From Candidatus Poribacteria bacterium (GTDB lineage Bacteria > Poribacteria > WGA-4E > JAJDTR01), in contig CBDCTK010000002.1 of assembly GCA_965222225.1 (NCBI GenBank), positions 3,968,001-4,032,000 on the forward strand: a stretch of 64,000 nt of DNA, read 5' to 3'. The notes beneath the pieces are model-generated. The model was not told where the DNA came from. It made no database searches and was given only the letters and a program-made list of their open reading frames with translations. The position numbers were made by a program, and so were the translations under genes. This document shows positions 60,662-64,000 of this stretch, piece after piece. How positions within the stretch are numbered: the stretch's first letter is position 1; each line of letters opens with the position of its first letter.

Positions 60662-62665
60662 TTATGAGGCAATTGTCACCGTTACGCCTTTGCTCGGTTG
60701 CTCCAAGTTTCCGCTGTCATCGACGGCGCGGCTTGAGATTGTGACGCTTCCCGCCTCCGTCGGCGCCCATTCAAAGCTCCAAACCCCCCGTCCGTTCGCC
60801 GGATGCCACGTATTACCGTTGTCCACCGATACTTCGACCCCGGCAACTGTACCGCCCCCTCTGTCCACGGCATTGCCTCTGATAATCAACGCCTCGTATG
60901 GCAGAATCGCGCCATCCGTGGGCGCATGAACCGTCGAATTCGGGGGCTCGAAATCGGTGGAGGCGCTCGCCGGGATAAGGTCTTCTTGGAGCGACGCGGG
61001 TTGTATCCCCATGTCTGCAAACAGATTGACGGTCGCTTGCTGGATATTCCTATCCGGAGCATGCGGGTCAACGCCGACGCGGGTGGAATACTCATTGGCG
61101 CGCTCCGGGGGAACGCCGGTGTCGTTGTCATGTTGCGCGTCCAACCCCCAACTCCATTGTACCGTACCCGCGCCAAAGACCAAAGCGCCGCTCTCGTGAC
61201 GATAGAGCGTCAGGTGGTGGGTTGCGGTGCCCGAGTCGAAAACCGTGCCGTGGTCTTGAATGTAGGTAACGTTGTCAATGGTCGTCTCGGACAAGCGGAA
61301 GAGACCCGGTGGGCGAAACCCGTTGTCGATGTCTTCATCCCACTCGTGCCCAAGTAAGCCTTTCAACAGAACCGCCTTGTCGCCCGGCTTGAGTTGTGCG
61401 ACATCCGTGTCGCGCCAAAAGCGCAAGTTGGCGTATTCCGCCAGCACGATGAGCGGATCGTTGCGCCACGCGTTCACGGTGAAAATCGTGCCCGTTAGCG
61501 CGTTCTCCGGCTGTGCTCCCTCTGGATTGAAAGGTCGCGAGTCCCGCCAAGTTCCGGTCCAAAGATCGGGAACGGGATCAATCTTGGCGTCGTCGTGAGT
61601 TTCCTTGTACGTGACTAACGTTCGGTGAGAGACCCCTTCTTCGTCAATAGAGGCTTCCCATCGGGTTTTCCAAAACACTTCGTTGCCGCTGAAAAAAGCG
61701 AGATGCACTCCCGCATCGCGCGCGCTCTCAACATGTCTTCTTTGGTCAAGAGACCAGTATTCGTCATGACCGACCGACAGAAACAGCCGGTGTTTCAAGA
61801 TCTCCTCGCCTCGTCGGTCGCTATCGACACCGGTAAAGTAACTAACATCATAACCGTTCGCTTCAAGCCATCGGATGAAAGGATACTCGCTATTGAAAAC
61901 CATGTTTACTGCCCGATAATAGCGTGTCTCGAACGGACGGTTGTAGCTTACCTTGTACGAGCGGGGGTGTCCCCCGTGCATGCGCGGATTGTCCGGATTG
62001 AAACGGGCATAGGTGCAGTGCCCGCCGTAGCGGTTGTATGCCTGCCACGTCGTGTCCGACGTTTGGAACAGCAGATCGGAACATCCTTCGTCGTCCCGAA
62101 CGACGAAATAGATGTGGCTTGCTCGCGGCTCGCGCAGCGCATTGGCTAAGCGTCCGCGTCCCGAGGCGCCGTAGGCGTGCGCCGACGGAACAGGCTGCGC
62201 TGCCGGACCGTGCTGCCCGTTGTCCGCACGCCAACTCGCGGGATCTGAATCCTGCCGCACCAAACGAGCAAAATAGACGCCCGACGCCGCGTCCGAAGGG
62301 GATTTCCAAGAGGCTGAGACCGCCCAATTACCGCAATCATAGAGGCGCGTCTCCGGATCTCTGATGCCTTCCTGTTGAGGTTGGGGCAGCTTAACCAACG
62401 GTTCAATCGTGTCAACGAGGCGAGCCCCCAACCCTCCATAGTAACCCATTCGATAGATGTCAATCCGATAGTCGATCGAGTCGGTTTTTATCTTGAAGAA
62501 GATAGTCTCGCCGCGATTGATACTGATATCGTGACCGAAACCTTGAATCGTCGGATCGCCGGGACCGTTAATATCCCACTCGGTAGAGGGACTGCCCGGC
62601 AGCCGATTCTCTTGAACAATCCTGTTGTCCGGTTTCCCGCCACGATTCTGCGGTTCGAGACTCAT
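60662..62665 (-). CDS. N,N-dimethylformamidase large-subunit-like protein with an Ig-like C-terminus
   Basis: IYRMGYYGG, TTWQAYN, VSYNRP, VGHDEYWS, FFSGNEVFW, VFGAGTVQWSWGLD. Confidence 0.82.
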   Translation of the reverse strand: MSLEPQNRGGKPDNRIVQENRLPGSPSTEWDINGPGDPTIQGFGHDISINRGETIFFKIKTDSIDYRIDIYRMGYYGGLGARLVDTIEPLVKLPQPQQEGIRDPETRLYDCGNWAVSASWKSPSDAASGVYFARLVRQDSDPASWRADNGQHGPAAQPVPSAHAYGASGRGRLANALREPRASHIYFVVRDDEGCSDLLFQTSDTTWQAYNRYGGHCTYARFNPDNPRMHGGHPRSYKVSYNRPFETRYYRAVNMVFNSEYPFIRWLEANGYDVSYFTGVDSDRRGEEILKHRLFLSVGHDEYWSLDQRRHVESARDAGVHLAFFSGNEVFWKTRWEASIDEEGVSHRTLVTYKETHDDAKIDPVPDLWTGTWRDSRPFNPEGAQPENALTGTIFTVNAWRNDPLIVLAEYANLRFWRDTDVAQLKPGDKAVLLKGLLGHEWDEDIDNGFRPPGLFRLSETTIDNVTYIQDHGTVFDSGTATHHLTLYRHESGALVFGAGTVQWSWGLDAQHDNDTGVPPERANEYSTRVGVDPHAPDRNIQQATVNLFADMGIQPASLQEDLIPASASTDFEPPNSTVHAPTDGAILPYEALIIRGNAVDRGGGTVAGVEVSVDNGNTWHPANGRGVWSFEWAPTEAGSVTISSRAVDDSGNLEQPSKGVTVTIAS

Positions 62666-62689
62666 TGTGCCTCCCTAAAGGATACTGTT

Positions 62690-63067
62690 TCAGCTTTCAT
62701 ATTCGACGACGACATCATCGCCGTCAATCTTCACCGGATAGGTCTTGACCCGAACGGTCGAATCCGTCAGACATTTTCCGGTGGCAATCTCGAAGGGCCA
62801 CTGATGCCATGGACAGCGCAAGACCTCTCCCAATCCATCGACAGCAATTTCCGCACTCTGAACGGAGGGCGGAGCCTCGGTGGCAACCCGACCGCTGAGT
62901 TCTCCCGTGCAGAGCGGTCCATGCTTGTGTGGACAGATGTTGCGAATCGCGTAGAATGAACCGTTGACGTTAAAGACGCCGATGCCCGCCCTGCCCCGAA
63001 ACGGCAAGACAATTTTGCGCTCGCCTATCGGAATCTCCGACACCTTGGCAACGACGACGTGCTCCAT
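62690..63067 (-). CDS. Rieske [2Fe-2S] ferredoxin
   Basis: CPHKHGPL..CPWHQW. Confidence 0.92.
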   Translation of the reverse strand: MEHVVVAKVSEIPIGERKIVLPFRGRAGIGVFNVNGSFYAIRNICPHKHGPLCTGELSGRVATEAPPSVQSAEIAVDGLGEVLRCPWHQWPFEIATGKCLTDSTVRVKTYPVKIDGDDVVVEYES

Positions 63068-63073
63068 AGAAGG

Positions 63074-64000
63074 CTACCTCCCTTCTAGTCGCAGCATCTC
63101 AACCGCGTTGTCGGCGAAGATACGCCGATGCAGTTCTTCCGGGAGTTTGGGAAAGACTGTTACCGGGTCGTTCCAGTCAAAGTGAGGAAAGTCCGAGCAA
63201 TAGATGAGCGTCTCGTCCGCGTGCAGCATCTCCAACATTTGGTACAACTGCTCGGGCTTTTCCGGCTCGTGCATCGGCTGCGTGCCGACTCGGATATGGT
63301 CTCGGAAGTATTCGCTCGGCAGACGTTTAAGCCAAGGCGTCTGATCACGCAGCCCTTTCCAGTCGGAATCCATGTGCCACATGACGGGCACCGCCCAGAA
63401 CTGCTGGACTTCGATGAGGGCAAACTTGAACTTCGGAAACTTTTCGAACACGCCCTCGCAAATCAGCGAAGCCGCGTGAGCGCTGGCGGCGTATGGTCGG
63501 CTCATTCGGGATTCCATGTAGTAGGTGGGATAGCCGACCGGGGTCGGGGTTGTTCTAGTGGCGCCTCCGCCGCCGCCGACGTGCGAAATTGCGGGCAGCC
63601 CGTGGCGTTCACACGCCTCCCAGATGGGGTGATAAAAACGATTGCCGTAGGGCATGCTCGTACCCAACGGCACCATCACGGCGGCGGTGTCCGCCCGATC
63701 TCCCAATCTATCAATCTCCTCGGCAGCTTGGGCGGGATCCGACGGTGACACCAGAATAGCGTTGACCACACGCTCGTCACGCTCAAGCCAATGCTCGATT
63801 GTCCAATCGTTGAACGCCCGACACAACGCGGCAGCCCAATCCTGATCGGGCAGCCCTGAGTAGCCGTAGAAGGGCGGGGGACCGGTGAGCAGCGCAACGT
63901 CAATATTCCAGCGGTCAAGGTGTTCCTCTTGCAGAAACTCCAGCTTGAAATTGAAATCCCGCGGATCGCCGCCGGAGAACTCCTCCTCGGCGAAATCGCT
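63074..64000 (-). CDS. Amidohydrolase family protein (5' end outside the window)
   Basis: CRAFNDW, HPIWEAC..GLPAISH, EGVFEKFP, SDFPHFD. Confidence 0.9.
   Translation of the reverse strand, partial: SDFAEEEFSGGDPRDFNFKLEFLQEEHLDRWNIDVALLTGPPPFYGYSGLPDQDWAAALCRAFNDWTIEHWLERDERVVNAILVSPSDPAQAAEEIDRLGDRADTAAVMVPLGTSMPYGNRFYHPIWEACERHGLPAISHVGGGGGATRTTPTPVGYPTYYMESRMSRPYAASAHAASLICEGVFEKFPKFKFALIEVQQFWAVPVMWHMDSDWKGLRDQTPWLKRLPSEYFRDHIRVGTQPMHEPEKPEQLYQMLEMLHADETLIYCSDFPHFDWNDPVTVFPKLPEELHRRIFADNAVEMLRLEGR

Overview
Bacterial chromosomal window, probably Candidatus Poribacteria or a relative. That call is inferred from LamG proteins ending GKLxTxWGxVK, an internalin-type LRR-dockerin protein, multiple PhyH enzymes and a DUF6785-type membrane protein. 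From left to right: (1) a VWA gene; (2) a minus-strand tRNA cluster (Ser TGA, Ser GCT, Arg ACG, tadA, Ser CGA, Ala CGC) with a duplicated tRNA-Ala bracketing a low-GC, frameshifted fused restriction-modification gene; (3) a PP2C phosphatase and thiI; (4) an accessory region at about 10.1-23.7 kb with IS701-like and IS1595 elements, two FRG/TPR loci and a Cre-like recombinase; (5) a sensor kinase, an M16 peptidase pair, a GNAT and a type II R-M pair; (6) secreted and metabolic genes, dapB, a RelE-type toxin-antitoxin pair and an amidohydrolase-Rieske-DMFase-like operon. Two signals stand out. The first is an unannotated secreted or outer-membrane protein (56447-55749, minus) with two in-frame TGA codons forming U-S-A-U, followed by a SECIS-like hairpin: a candidate double-selenocysteine (UxxU) selenoprotein. 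The second is a very abundant (more than 25 copies) 30-nt intergenic unit, GATCAA-NN-GA-NN-GNNTA-NN-GA-NN-GCGATAG. Its variable dinucleotides covary as a one-strand hairpin with tandem G.A pairs, and it is repeatedly found inserted, truncated and stacked inside REPs and MITEs. All calls were made by eye; no database searches were run.
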